From NCBI GenBank assembly GCA_036172245.1, contig JAYWIR010000006.1:5766001-5830000 (forward strand): DNA of 64,000 bases, given 5' to 3'. Under the pieces are notes generated by a model, which saw only the letters and a program-made list of their open reading frames with translations, was not told the DNA's origin and ran no database searches. The DNA is from Raillietiella orientalis (lineage: Eukaryota). How positions within the stretch are numbered: position 1 is the stretch's first letter; every line of letters begins with the position of its first letter. The translations under genes were made by a program, and so were the position numbers. Below, piece after piece: positions 25,775-37,900 of the stretch.

Positions 25775-26623
25775 GCGTTCTTCTCGGTGTTGCTAGAATG
25801 TGTGTTCGACGCTGCGAGCCATTTTCCCGAGCGTCCTGCAATGGATGGGATTGAGATGGGAATCCGAGAAGAGAATCGGCTCTTCCTGGCGGTTGGCCGC
25901 CTGTCTTTCCGCAGTAGCTGTAAGGGTTTTCGTGGAGTCGGGTGGCGGGATTGCAACCGAGGCATGGTTCGCTGATTCCACAGGCAATCCGCAGACCTTT
26001 CTGCCCATCCTTTGTTTCGGGACATCAGTTTCATGGTGAGCGGTTGCTGAAAGAGGTTCGTCATGGTGATTTGCAAAAGGGTGCGATGCCCCTTCGACGG
26101 AGGTACCTCGAAGCCGTGGAACTTTTTGACACGAAAACTTTTCCAAAGGCCATCCCCGCGGGAGTCGGATCTTGTTTCCCTTCCTACGAACGGCCCTAGA
26201 AACAGCTGGCTCCCGTCGTCTTTGTTTTGAGCCTGGCGGCACGCCGGCCCCATAATTGAAATTCGAGTACCCAAACTTGAAGGAAAAATCTTAGACGAAC
26301 ACGACTCAAAATGCTGACTTGAGTGTGGGACTGACCATGGATTAAACGACCGACCAATGGACGCATCTTTGATCATGTTTCTATCAGGACGCTCGCGCTT
26401 AAGATACATCAACACACACACACACACACACATTCCTGGCCATTTTAACACCAGAGATGTAGGAAACGGTGTTTCGTTTTGCGAGCAGCTGGTAGGGCGC
26501 TGTGGTGGCGACAAGAAACTGACCCGTAAGCGTTAGTGCTCTGCAGCTGCAGTGGTGAGCGTTCTTCCCAGTATTCCCCGAATGCTTGTTGGATGCTGCG
26601 GACCATCTTCCCAAGCGTCCTGC
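25775..26623 (+). repeat. 65-bp direct repeat pair (25775-25839 and 26559-26623)
   Basis: Ungapped manual alignment gives 51/65 identical. Confidence 0.7.
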
Positions 26624-29600
26624 GGTAAGTGTGACGGAGATGGTTCGTTTTCACCCTCTTTTCCGTTTCCGCTTTTTGATGGGCGTTCTCAAGCAGCGAT
26701 CTTCCACTCTGGACTTGATGTGACGAGAGGCGAAATTCTTGAGCCGTCCTCTTTTCCGCTTGCGGCCGAGCCATCCTCTCGGATGACAGGCAGCTGGGAT
26801 GATCCTCAGCAGTAGAGACGCGGGCGAATCCGGCCGAAACACTCCGTGATCTTTGGCAGTTAACGCGGTGGTGTCGTCCTGGAACTTCGTAAGTGCACGG
26901 ACGAGCACAAAACGTCCTGGGGACTGCGGCGTGTTTGCACTTGAAAGTGAGCGTGGGGGCGGTGGGTGTTGGCCCCACGTGACAGACATTTTTGTAGGAA
27001 CTACTGTCTGCTACATCAGCCATAATTATTTCATGTCGTGTCACACGATTGCTTCCCACTTCACCTTCCTACTTTCGGTTTCGTGGCGGAGGCCTGCACC
27101 ACTGACGGCTCGTTTCTAGCCCGCCAAGCAGCGACCGATCATCGAAGGAAGGGAAACCCTCAACCCCCCAAAGCTTTTCGTGGATCGAGGGAGGGGCGGT
27201 GGGGAACGATTTGCTGGGCCCCTATGGGATGTTTAGGTGGCTTCGTATTCTCCGCAAATGTGCTTGCAAAGAAGCCTGAAAAACTACCTACCCGATGAAG
27301 TGTTTCGTCCTCCGTAACGAATCCGGCGTACATCCTATTGGCTGTCCGTATCCTATAAGCTGTGTGCACTCTGTACGCAGTGTACGTCGTTCTGTATCGT
27401 ATGCGTATTCTCTACACATTCCGAGATGTCCTGCACGTCTCTTATTCCTTTCGCGTGCATCCCCGTTTCCGGTTTGCAGTTCAAAACGTGCGCTGCCGCT
27501 CTCTTTCCGGGATTTCTTCTTTTCCCGGGATCAGACGAGTCCTGTTCGGGCTGCACCGGTTGTGATCGGAGGAATCGCTTGGAAAGATCCCCCACTGTCG
27601 CTCCCTGGTAAGCAAAAGGAAAACGAAGAGCGGTCCTTTTGCAAGCTACAACGGATCCCTGACTCGCAGGAACCTCTAAACATCCCAGGCTGGAATGGTA
27701 CGGATGACCTTAGGAGCGCTACCGTACCAATAGCTGGCACAAAACGCTACTGGGAGAGGGCGACTCAGCAACGGTAGGTGGCGGCGATGCTGGACGCCTG
27801 AGCGGGGCAGGCTGCGGGATGAAAAAAAGGAGGACTGCGTTCGGAGCCTGGCAAGCAAGATGGAAGAAGGAGCGCGAGCACCCCTCGGCGCGAAGTTGGC
27901 AATGCTGAGCTGTTGTCGTGGGCGACTCTGCGGACGCGGCGAGGAAACGAAGACACCCCGGGGCGCGGGCGAGTACGTGAAATTCGAGGCGATATCCTCC
28001 GACGCTGGATTTTGCCCGTTCTTCGAAGGGGGCGCTCGGTCGTGAAGGGAGAGGGCACTACGTTGCGGCATGCCGCTTTCAGGGTCAACAGCCAGAACAT
28101 GCAGTGGAACACTTCCGCGGAGGGGTGAGTGGGGGCGAGCAGGTGCTGGATCTCCCGATTACGGGAGGGAAGCCCCCTGCTCGCTTCCTCTTAAGTGGGC
28201 GCTGGGCCAGAAAAGCAATTTCCACAGCTATCAGGAGCTGTTCGCAGGGAGTGGAGAGGAAAGCGAGGCAAAAGCGGGTCAAGTCGAGGGCATTCGGAGG
28301 GGGATCTGAGGAAACGGTGCTGGTAGTAGACTTCCCATGGATATGGGTCCCGCAGCCAATGGGGGAGGTGAGAGGGCTGGGGGAGAGACGCGACCCCACG
28401 GAGGCGCTGGCGAAACCAAACTTCATCGCCAGAAAACGGCCCGCTCGAAGCGTATTCCAGTCAGAAGCACCACAACACGCACGCGGCTTTGAGAAAACGG
28501 CCTCTCTCATCGGAGACCATTTCGGGGGTCTCCCGTTCGAGCCGGAGGAGGGGTGTTGTTATTCCAATTTTTTTTTTTTTCTTCTTCTTCTCTTGCTCAG
28601 TGCGAAGTGCCCCGGAGGAAACGCCTGGCCGTCACGCTCGGGGCCCGGGGAACGCGCGCACATCCCTTTCTGCGCGACGGCTGCAGGGAGCGGCGCCGCT
28701 CGAACCAGGGAAACCCGTCGCCCACTGGAAGAGAGGGAGAGGGAGGGATGGAAATCAAAAAAACAACATGGCCGCGCGCAGCCGGCTTCCCCACCGGCTT
28801 CTGAATCGTCGCCCGCCCATTGTTGCGGCGCGGACGCACTGCGCAGACTCGGCGTGCGGCGAGGCGCGCGGGAGAGGAGGGTTTCCGCCAGGGAGACGCC
28901 GCCGCCGCAGCCGCACGCGCGGCTTCTCCATGGAAACGGAGAGGGCGCGTCAGGGCGCGCGCGCGCGCTCTCGAGGAAGGAGTTCGCGGCAAGGGTCTCC
29001 CCCTCCTCCACCCTCTCCCCCGAACAAACGAAAGGAAATGCAGTCGTGACGCGCTTTTCATTCGCCCCGGATGACCTCTTTCCCCTCTTTGAGCGAGATG
29101 CGATGATTCTCTCGTGATTTCCTCCTCCGGATTCCCACAGCCGAAATAAAGTCGAAAACAGGAAGAAGAAAGGAAGAGAAGTGTGCGCACACGGTTGCGT
29201 GTTGGAAGTGCGCCTACCATCAGTGCTCGTACTCGAGTAGAGGGGATGAGTACTGATGCCTCCCACTCCCCACTTATTGCGAGCTCCCTCGTGCCCGCTC
29301 GGCCGGCCGTGGACGACGCACCCTTGCGCCGTCTCCCAGAGGAGACGGCAGGAAGAGAAACGGGATGTGAGTGCACGTGTGCGTTTTTCTCTTGCTTTTC
29401 TCCTTGCAATCAATTCATCTCGGGAGGTAGATGTGCCCTCGGGCGAACAGCTCCGAATTTCTGAAAAGTCCGTGCCGGTGCGATCATCGAATGCGATTTT
29501 TTTCTTTTCTTCCTTTCTTTTTGTTCCTTTGCCCTCGTGCCGTTGTGCTTTTTTTGCATCCGCTCTTCTCATCTGCACTCTCCCGATCGAAGTTCACCCG

Positions 29601-31246
29601 AGCAGCAGAACCGAGATTTATCCCGGCCAATTAACTGATGGAAGGACAGCGTCCCCAAAGGAGGCAGCCCGGCTGTTTACGGAAACTCCGGCGAACGAAA
29701 AGCCGATGCCGCGGCCATGCTGTACTCGGCGTGGGCCCGCGTGACGTCGGCAGCAGCGCTGTCCGCCGGTCCTATTTTTAAATGCTTTTGTTTTCGGCGT
29801 GCTAAGGAGGAAGTTTGCAGGGACGTGTGCAGGAGAGGAGGATCCCCGCGGTATCCCTGGGTAACGTGCTCGGCGTGCGTTGCGAGATGCTGTGGCGAAA
29901 CAGCAAGTCGCGTAAGAGGGACGGAGGTGGAGGGAGAGAGGGGGGGGGGAGGGGAGGGGAAAGGGAAAGTCTGGGACTTTGAATCACGGGGAGGAAGGAC
30001 AAGCCCCAGCCCCCGCTCTCGCATTCCACTTCGTCGCCTGCCCCTGGCCCGAAACACACGCGCAGGAGGCGCCTGCGGAGCCGGCAGGTCACGTGGTCGG
30101 ACACGGAGGGCTCGGCAAGCGCGAGCCGCGCGCGCACTCGCGAAAACTTCGTTTCTCGCCGAACGCCTGCGGAGGCGGGGAAGAGTGGGGCTGGCGGTGG
30201 TGATTCGCAGGCCCCTTCCCATCCGCGAAACGCTCCTGCGGGATCGGTGGGATGGGGGCGGGGGGTCGCCGCTTCCTCCTCCTCGGCAGTCCATGCTTCC
30301 GTCGCGCGTGGCAACGCGACCCGCCGCCGTAGGTTCCGTGCTGCCGCCGTCGTGCTCTGCTCCGCATCGTACTGGGGAGGACGCACGCGGAAGAATAGGT
30401 GGAGCAGGATGGAGAAGGTTCGTGGTGAGGAGACGCAGTCCTGCGAGGGAAGCTGCAGCTAAGGACGCTCCGGGGAGGCGATGGGGAAGGAAGGAGGGTG
30501 GGATTTGCGTGTGGGGGGCTGCCGCCCCGGCACCCGTAAGGAGCGGGCGTCGGGGGAATCGTCTCGGGATGGGTCCAGGCATGTCGGGAGCTCTCTCTGT
30601 CCTCGAGAAGGTGGCGAGGACTTCCGAGGGCGGTGACGACCCTGCGTGTCGGTCGCAGCGGAAACAGAAGAGTGCTTCTGTTCTCACCCCCTGGGTTCTC
30701 TTCCCGTTCAGGGGACGACGACGACAGAACGGTGACTTTGGTAGGCTCGGTGGTGAGCGCGCCACCACGCCAGCCCTTAGGCGATCTGCAAACTCTTGAA
30801 AAACGGAAGGACCTCGGCTGGGGCCGCCTCGCCCTCATTGCAGGAGTTTGCTGCTCAGCCGGCGGTCCGACCGCGGAAACGCGCTGCACGCCGAGGACTC
30901 GTGGAGAAGAAGAAAAGAACTCGATCTCAAAATGCAACATCGTGGTGGCCGCTCCATCCTGCTGGGGTTGGGGCCACCACCTTCCTGCTTCGTCTTGCGC
31001 CGCCCTGGCCTACCCGCGGGAAGCAAACCGGAACAAGCGGAAGGAAGCTGCGATTTTTCTTCCCATCCCCCTGTGGGGCGACCATCGGGACGACTCAAGC
31101 GTCCAGTGAAGCATCCCCCTCGCGGGGATGCTGCGGACGAGGCGGAAAACCTTCCTCCCCCCCCCCCCCCCGTGCGCGCACACACCTCGCTTCGCTCCGT
31201 GTCGTCTTTTCCGCGCGCGCTTCCGGCCTCGAGAGGCGGCCGGCTC

Positions 31247-31435
31247 CAGCAGCAGCAGCAGCAGCAGACAGGCAGCCAGCCAGCCAGCCAGTCAGTCAGT
31301 CAGTCAGCCCTCGGTGCCGCGTCGAACATGCGCGGCGTGGCGTCGCCCGGCGCGATGCGGCGTGGTCATTCGCGGAGCGCCGCAGTGGAATGCTTCTCCT
31401 CCTGGGACGTAGCGGATCTCGGCCGTTGCGTAAGT
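31247..31435 (+). promoter_or_regulatory. Candidate TSS and first exon of the MFS gene, containing a (CAG)7/(CAGC)4/(CAGT)4 compound repeat
   Basis: Tandem TCAGTC initiator-like motifs at about 31290-31305 and a donor TTGC|GTAAGT at 31430. An ATG at 31390 would join in frame (phase 1) to the acceptor at 34888/34889. Confidence 0.4.
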
Positions 31436-34400
31436 GATGGTTGCTTTGCTGCCGTTTTGTTGCCGCGAGACGCTTCCCCCCGTCCGGCGAGGTGTCGGTT
31501 CTTCCCGGCGAGGGGGCGGATGGAGCGAGTGCGCGCGCGTCCGGTCAACCCTCGCGCCGTCGTGTTTTCCTTTTCGGAACGTCTGCCTGCCCCCTCCCCC
31601 GCCTTCTCCTGCGCGCGAAGGGGGCCCGCCCTCTTATCGTCGCCGGGAAGGCGGTGGTTACGCCCGTAATTCGCGTGGGGTTGCGATACGGATCTCGGCT
31701 TCCCTCGGACGACTTCGATGCGCCGGGCAATTTTTTTCCTTCCTTTTTTTCCGGCTCGTTATCGATCGCTTTCTGGATGGGGGCTCCCCGCAACAAACAC
31801 CCGGGAAGCCTTTCGGCAAAGCTGCCATCCAGCTTCCTCCCTCCCCTTCCCCTTTTTGTTTTTGGGTTGCGCAGGTAACAAAGAATCCTCCCCCCCCCCC
31901 TTCCGAGAGGGTAGCCGCCGCCGCCGCCGCCGTAGGCCGCACCCGCTGATTGTTGCGCGACAAAAGGCCGTTCCGCCATCGCGGGGCGGCAGCTCGCAAA
32001 CAGCGGGCGGGCGAGCTCTCCGACGAGCCTTCGGTCGGCCACGGAGCTGCAGTTTGGTGTCCATCGATCCGCCGGTGCTGGCTACGGGATGGGCAGGCAT
32101 TTTCTTCTGACGTATTCCGGGAACCGCGTTTCCATGCCAGCAGGCAGTTGGGTTTTCCCGCTGACCGGCTCTCGAAGGGGCGGGGTAGGTGCGTGCTCGC
32201 GGAGGGAGCCGCACCCCGTCCCCTCGGGAAACAACACCCTTCGCATGGTACGCCCTCCGGCTGCACCACCCTCTCCCCGAAACACGCGGGGGAGGACTGC
32301 GAGCAGCAGGAACCCCTCGCGCTTCGTCTCCTTTCCGCGTGACCCCGAACCGCGCGGGGGCTCCCTTCCTCCCAGCGTTTCCCGGAAAGCGGCGCTTTTC
32401 GCGGGAAATCGGCTGGCCACCTGGCGGGTTGTTTCCGGACTCGAACCGCGCGGCGCCGCCCGCGCGCGCGCGGATCCCACGTGCGCCGAGTGCGTGTTCC
32501 AAGCACGCTTCGCCTTTGTCTGCCGTCCCTCGCCCGCGTTCTTCTCCCCGGGGGGAGCTCGGGGAAAGGGGCGCCCCCGTGTTTGCGCCAGGCGGCCCCC
32601 AGCGCGCGCCGAACAATGGGCGACCCGACTCGAGCCGATGACTCACTCGCGCCTGCCGCCGTCGCGGGCGGGGGAGCCGCCCGCGGAATTTCGCAGCAGC
32701 GAGCTCCGCGCTGCTCGCCGGTCTCTCCGGGGCGCAGCCCATTTCCGCGGAAACCCCGTTCCCTGGCCTTCTCGACGCTGGGTCGCGAGAGGGTGCCGGG
32801 TTGCCGCCGCCGTCGTCGGGGGGTCGGAACTCGCCGCCCCCGCGCGCTCTCGTGTCCAGCGAGACCTGTACGCCACCCCACTCGCCCCGCGTCGGCTCCG
32901 TTCGCCGCTTCGCTGCCTGACACTTCCCCTGGCGAACCCTCCCGTGTCCTGCAGGCACTCCCTCGACGCTTGACTCGGCCAGGACTGGGCAGATGCGCGG
33001 CGGCTCCTCCCCCTCCTCCATCGCGCCATGTCTGCTTGCGCGTCGCCCCGTCGACATTCAGCAGGCCGTCGCTGGTCTTCTTCTTGCCTTCGGGAGCTGC
33101 CGGTACGCGGCACGGGGGATCTTTGCTTCTGGCAGAACTCGAGAGCTGCCCGGGCGGACCGGTTTTTTCTTCAGGCAAAGACCGACTACAGCCTGAGCCC
33201 GTCACCGCCGAAGAGCCGCAGCGACGGTTTCCAGCCCAAGGAAAAAGGGGGAGGAAGGGAATGCTGGGTCGAATGCACGAGCAGCTTTTACCCTTCCAGG
33301 ATTCTCCCCAGCGACGCGCTACCCTTGCTCCCTAGCATTTTTTTTTCCAGGAAGGGGGGCGGGAGGGGGGAAACCTTTCGTGTGTGCGTTCTGGATCGAC
33401 CTTTCTTTTCCCCTCCGCAAGCAGACACCGCCGGCCAGCGGGCACGAGGTCCGATGATCTCTTTGATGCTGGCTGCCGGCAGCGCGGGCGCGGCTCGCAA
33501 TGCGGGATCGTGTCCTGGGGCGCTGTCGGCTCGTTCCCCAAGGATGGCTCCAGAGAGGATGCGGAAGGCCACTGTGCCTCCTCCCCAATGGGTCTGCAGC
33601 GTGCGCCCGGTCCTCCTGCATCCGCCTCTTTGCAGGTCCCGTCGACAGCGGGATGCGGGCTTCGCTCGCAAGTTCCTCGGGCAGCGAGGCGGAGGATTCC
33701 GCTCGCCTCGAGGCGGCACCCTCCAGCGGAGGTGTGCGAAACGCTGGTCCATCATGCGCGCGTCTCCGCGCTGGCTGTCGGGTGGGGTCGCGGAGTGGAA
33801 ATCCCCCCTATCTGACCGGAAGGCCTCCCTATACCAGGGGCAGGGTGCGCGAAGAGGGGCGCACTGAGGTGTGGACTGGAAGCGCGGGCGTAAGAAAGAA
33901 TAGACCCTTCCTTGCCACGCATCTCCGCCAATACGGCGGGCGGCGCTTGTTCCCCCCCCCCCCCCCGCAAGAGAAAGGCCCGGCTCTTCCCTCATGCTGC
34001 TGCAGTCTGCAGCTCCATTTACAGTCCTCTCCCCGCTCCTCCCATTCCAACGAGAACCCGTGCACGCTGCTCGAGTCGCAAGCGCGCCTTCGAAAGAGCC
34101 GATTCGTTCGCAGCGCAGCGCTCTCTCGCAACAGCGGCTGAAAGGAGGAGGCTACGGCACTCCTGCCGCTGCGAGCGCGAGCGTCGCCTCAAGTGCAGAG
34201 GGGCATCGTCGTCTCCAGACTCACCGAACCGGCGGATCGGACCTGCGCGAACTCTGCCACCCGCAGGTGATGCTAGGGAGGTCTTCTGGGGCGAGTTGTG
34301 GGGTCGAGGGGAAGCTCCACCCCGCCTGTCCGCGGCTTCTCCACTCCCCGGGCCCTTTCCGAGACGAGGGCAACCTTAGGGCAGCCCCTGAGCTGCCGAC

Positions 34401-34908
34401 CCGCTTGGACCCGGTCTTTCGCCGTTCTTCCTAGCTACCCGGAGTGTCGAGGCTGCACTCCTCTTCTGATCCTTGGTCGCGAAGGGTACGCGTCTCCTCC
34501 GTGGTGGAGGCCCACCTCTCCCCCCGCAATCTGCGGTTGGCCTCGGAGCTTTCGGGATATACGGTAGCCAGATCGGGACGGAGGGCGCAGGATCGAGGGT
34601 CCGGAGGGAGGTTGTGCGTCGCCGTAGATCGGGATGGGCAGAGAGCGCCAGTGCGGATATGCGAGCGCCCGCCTCCAAGATGAGTCGTCCTCGAGCGTGG
34701 TTCCCCACCCCCTCTCCCCTCCCATTTTCCAGCGGAGCTGCCGCACGATGTGCGCACGCAGGTCCGACCTGCCTCTACGGTCATTCCCTTCGCCCTCTTG
34801 CACGCCCCTGCTGTCCCGAGGACGGACGGGCGGAAGCTTCGCTTACTTTCTCGGACGACGGCTAATCCACCCCTCTCTCTGCTTCCAGAAGGCGTAGTTT
34901 CCGGAGCC

Positions 34909-37900
34909 ATGGCAACGACGAGGACGGCAGCGAGGACGCGATGCAGCACGAGTCTGCTTCCCCTGAAAGTGCTGCTCCTCAGCTACTACGGAGGTGGGTG
35001 CACCCCAGGCCAAACGAGCGGGTCAGACGTCCCTTTTTTGGCAGGACTGGGCTGCGTCTACCCCTTCCTCACGGTGCACCTGCGCAGCCTGGAGCTCACC
35101 TGGCAGGACGCTCGGCTGCTGCCCGCCTGCCTGCCCCTGCTGACGCTCCTCGGCCTGCCCGTGGCCGCGGCGCTCATCGACAAGTTCGGCGCCCTCAAGG
35201 CCGTCCTGGTCCCCTGCATCGTCCTCTCCTCCGCGGCCTACACTTCCCTGCTTCTGGTACCCTCGCTGGCGCGGGGCCCGTCGCTGCCCCCGGAACTGCA
35301 GCTCCGCTGCGGGGCCGACGGCTCCGCGATCGTCTCTCAAAAGTGCGGTCCCACGTGCAAGCTGCCTTCCGGAGCCGCTCAGCAGACGTACCGCGTGCAC
35401 AGCTGCAGCCGCGGCTGCGAGCCCGCTCCCGACGCGTCCCCCTACGAGCCCATGTGTCTCCTCGGCTCGCGTGACGGCGAGTGCTACGTCATGCCCATCG
35501 GACCGTCGGCCAACGGCTCCACGGGAGAGATGGAGATCGGCAGTTTCCTGCCCCGGCACTACGAGCACGCCCCTCGCTCCTGCATCTACCCCCTCCTGCG
35601 CTTCTCGTACCGGCAGCGGGAGTACAGCAGCCTGAAGTGCAGCGGGAAGGCTGACTGCCCGCTCAGGTGCCAGGTGGACGCCCTGCTCCCGGAAGGCGCG
35701 CTTCACAACAACACGTGCCCAGACCTCAGGGGAAACGTCCCCCTGACGTTCTGGATGTACTCGTTTATCCGAGGCGGCGCCGAGGTGTTCGGAGCGGTTG
35801 CCACCTACGCGCTGGATCCTGTCATCCTCAGGATGGTGTCGGCTCACGGCAGCACGTACGGGAGACATCTTTTGTGGGGTAAGCAAAGTCCGCCGCCGCA
35901 GCTACTGGGCGCGCGCGGGGAAGGGAGAGGGAGACCTTTCGCTTTCACTTCTTGCCATTCGCCTGCGCCAGACGTTCCGTCTCAGAGAAGCCTGCCGATA
36001 CTGCGGTGGTCATGCAGCGCAGAAATCAGTAAGGACGTCGTGTGAGATTCGGGGTGCATGGTCCCTGCAAAGGTCCTACCGTTTACCTCTCGCAAAAGTG
36101 CTCCTCCTCCGTTCCGTGGCCTGAAGAGTCCGAGGGGGAAGACGAAGGAAGGTGGAGACGAAGAGCTTTTTGCCAGTCTCCCGGCGGACTCCCTCCTCCC
36201 ACAGCGTTCCTCCTCGCTCACTCTTCCTTCGCTCTCGCGTTTTTGATCCTCAGCGAGTTACCGGAGGCGAGTGCGTGCTTTCTGGCTATGGAGAGGCGAG
36301 TTCAAAGGTTTCGCCTCCGTGCCGACTCCTGGCGGCGCGGGCCGCTTTATTCCCGCTTGCGTGCCTGCACGGATCGTTCCTGTGGTCGGCCGCGGTCGGC
36401 AGGGAAACCAGCACCGGCGCTTGTCGGCATTTTTTTTTTACACTATACCGATCCTCCGTTTTCTCCGAACGGATGGCGATGCTGATGATTGTGTGAATGA
36501 TTGCTCTGGATCACGACTGCGGACGCCGGCTTAGGTTTCGCGACATTCCCATCGAGTTGCCGTTTTGAGTTATGAAAAGGTGAGGGATGGAGCGGGAGGC
36601 GAATCCTGTAGACAGGACGGGATTAAACGGATCGAAACAGACAGATGCAGCTCACGCGAGCCTGCCGTTACCCTTGGAAGAGTTCCAACAGGAAACTCTT
36701 CCAAGGAGCCTTTCCCGACACGCAGGAGGCGAATGGCTGCCGTCCTTCCTCCCTGACCGCGCGTTTCCTCTCCGTGCAGGTGGGGTGGGGTGGGGTCCGT
36801 CTCCAGATGATTGAGTCTCCGTTTGCTCCCCAAATTGGACCATTCGAGAGACGAGTGTTTGCTGTGCAGCGGCAAGGGATTGGCAGTGACTCGCGAGCTT
36901 CGGCAGCGAGTGACAGAAAGCTAGAACCTCATCTCGAAAATGAGTCATTTCCTGGAAGTCTCCGAAGATGCGTCACGTCCTCGAAGTTTTCGTCGCCTGG
37001 GTCATCAGTGATCGACCCGATTCTGACAGTTCCGGAGCTGTGGTGAATCATCCATTCGATTGCAGCAGGGAGATCATGGAAGCTGCTCCAGCAGATGGAC
37101 CCTATCTTCTCCTGAAGACGACCTTGCAGGCCACCAAGCTGCGAGGCATGTCTTCGTCTCCAAACAGCCACCGGTTCAGGAGTGGGCCAAGCTATTCGAA
37201 TGGCCGGTGACAACGCCCATTCGCCCTGACAACCAACCGCCCTCTTCGATTCCCGTTGGGGGTGCTTTGGTCCCGTCTTTCTTTCCGCTTGTCTCGCAGG
37301 TCCCCCGATAAATTCTTTGCTTCCTCCAGGCTGCGCCCTCTTCCCGTTAGGAGCTCCCCGTGCGGGGGAGGATGAACTCAAGCAACGAGCAGCAGCCCGA
37401 TGAAGAGAACCGAGCACGGGAGTTGACCCGCACTCTGCCAGCCAGTGATGGCGCGCGCTCTCCCGAGTTCCCACGCGCGCGCTCGGTACGAATCTCGGGG
37501 CCGCGCTGACGCCTGCGCGCCGGCCAGGAATGCCATCGCGTCGCCGGTCAGTTGCGTCGGAGAGTCCCGAGGCTGACCCGTGACCGAGGCGTCCGTCGCG
37601 TGCACGAGGGTCCGTGTCTGTCTTTCACTCACTTCGCTCCGCTGCTGGACGGAGCTTCGAAAGGCGCGAGCGCCGCATCCTTCCATGGTCCACCCCCCTC
37701 TCTAACGGGGGGTCCTGCGCTTCGTTCCACCAGACGGCGCGTCCCCGGAAATCACGGCGCAAGACGCTGCTGAGGGACCGGTGCAGCGAAGCGCTTCGCT
37801 GCTCCCCTTCCGGAAGGGCTCAGGTCAGAGTCCTGTCGGTCGAAGGCGATGTAGTGGCGGGGACGGGGGCTGGGGGTGGGCGCTTCTCCGCATTCCCCAC

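Noticed and set aside
28104..34000. Long overlapping ORFs (for example 31658..33205, 515 aa; 29677..30768; 29717..30799)
   Set aside because: Arg/Pro/Gly/Ala-rich, open in several frames on both strands, with no domain motifs or codon bias. This is expected from stop-codon scarcity at high GC.
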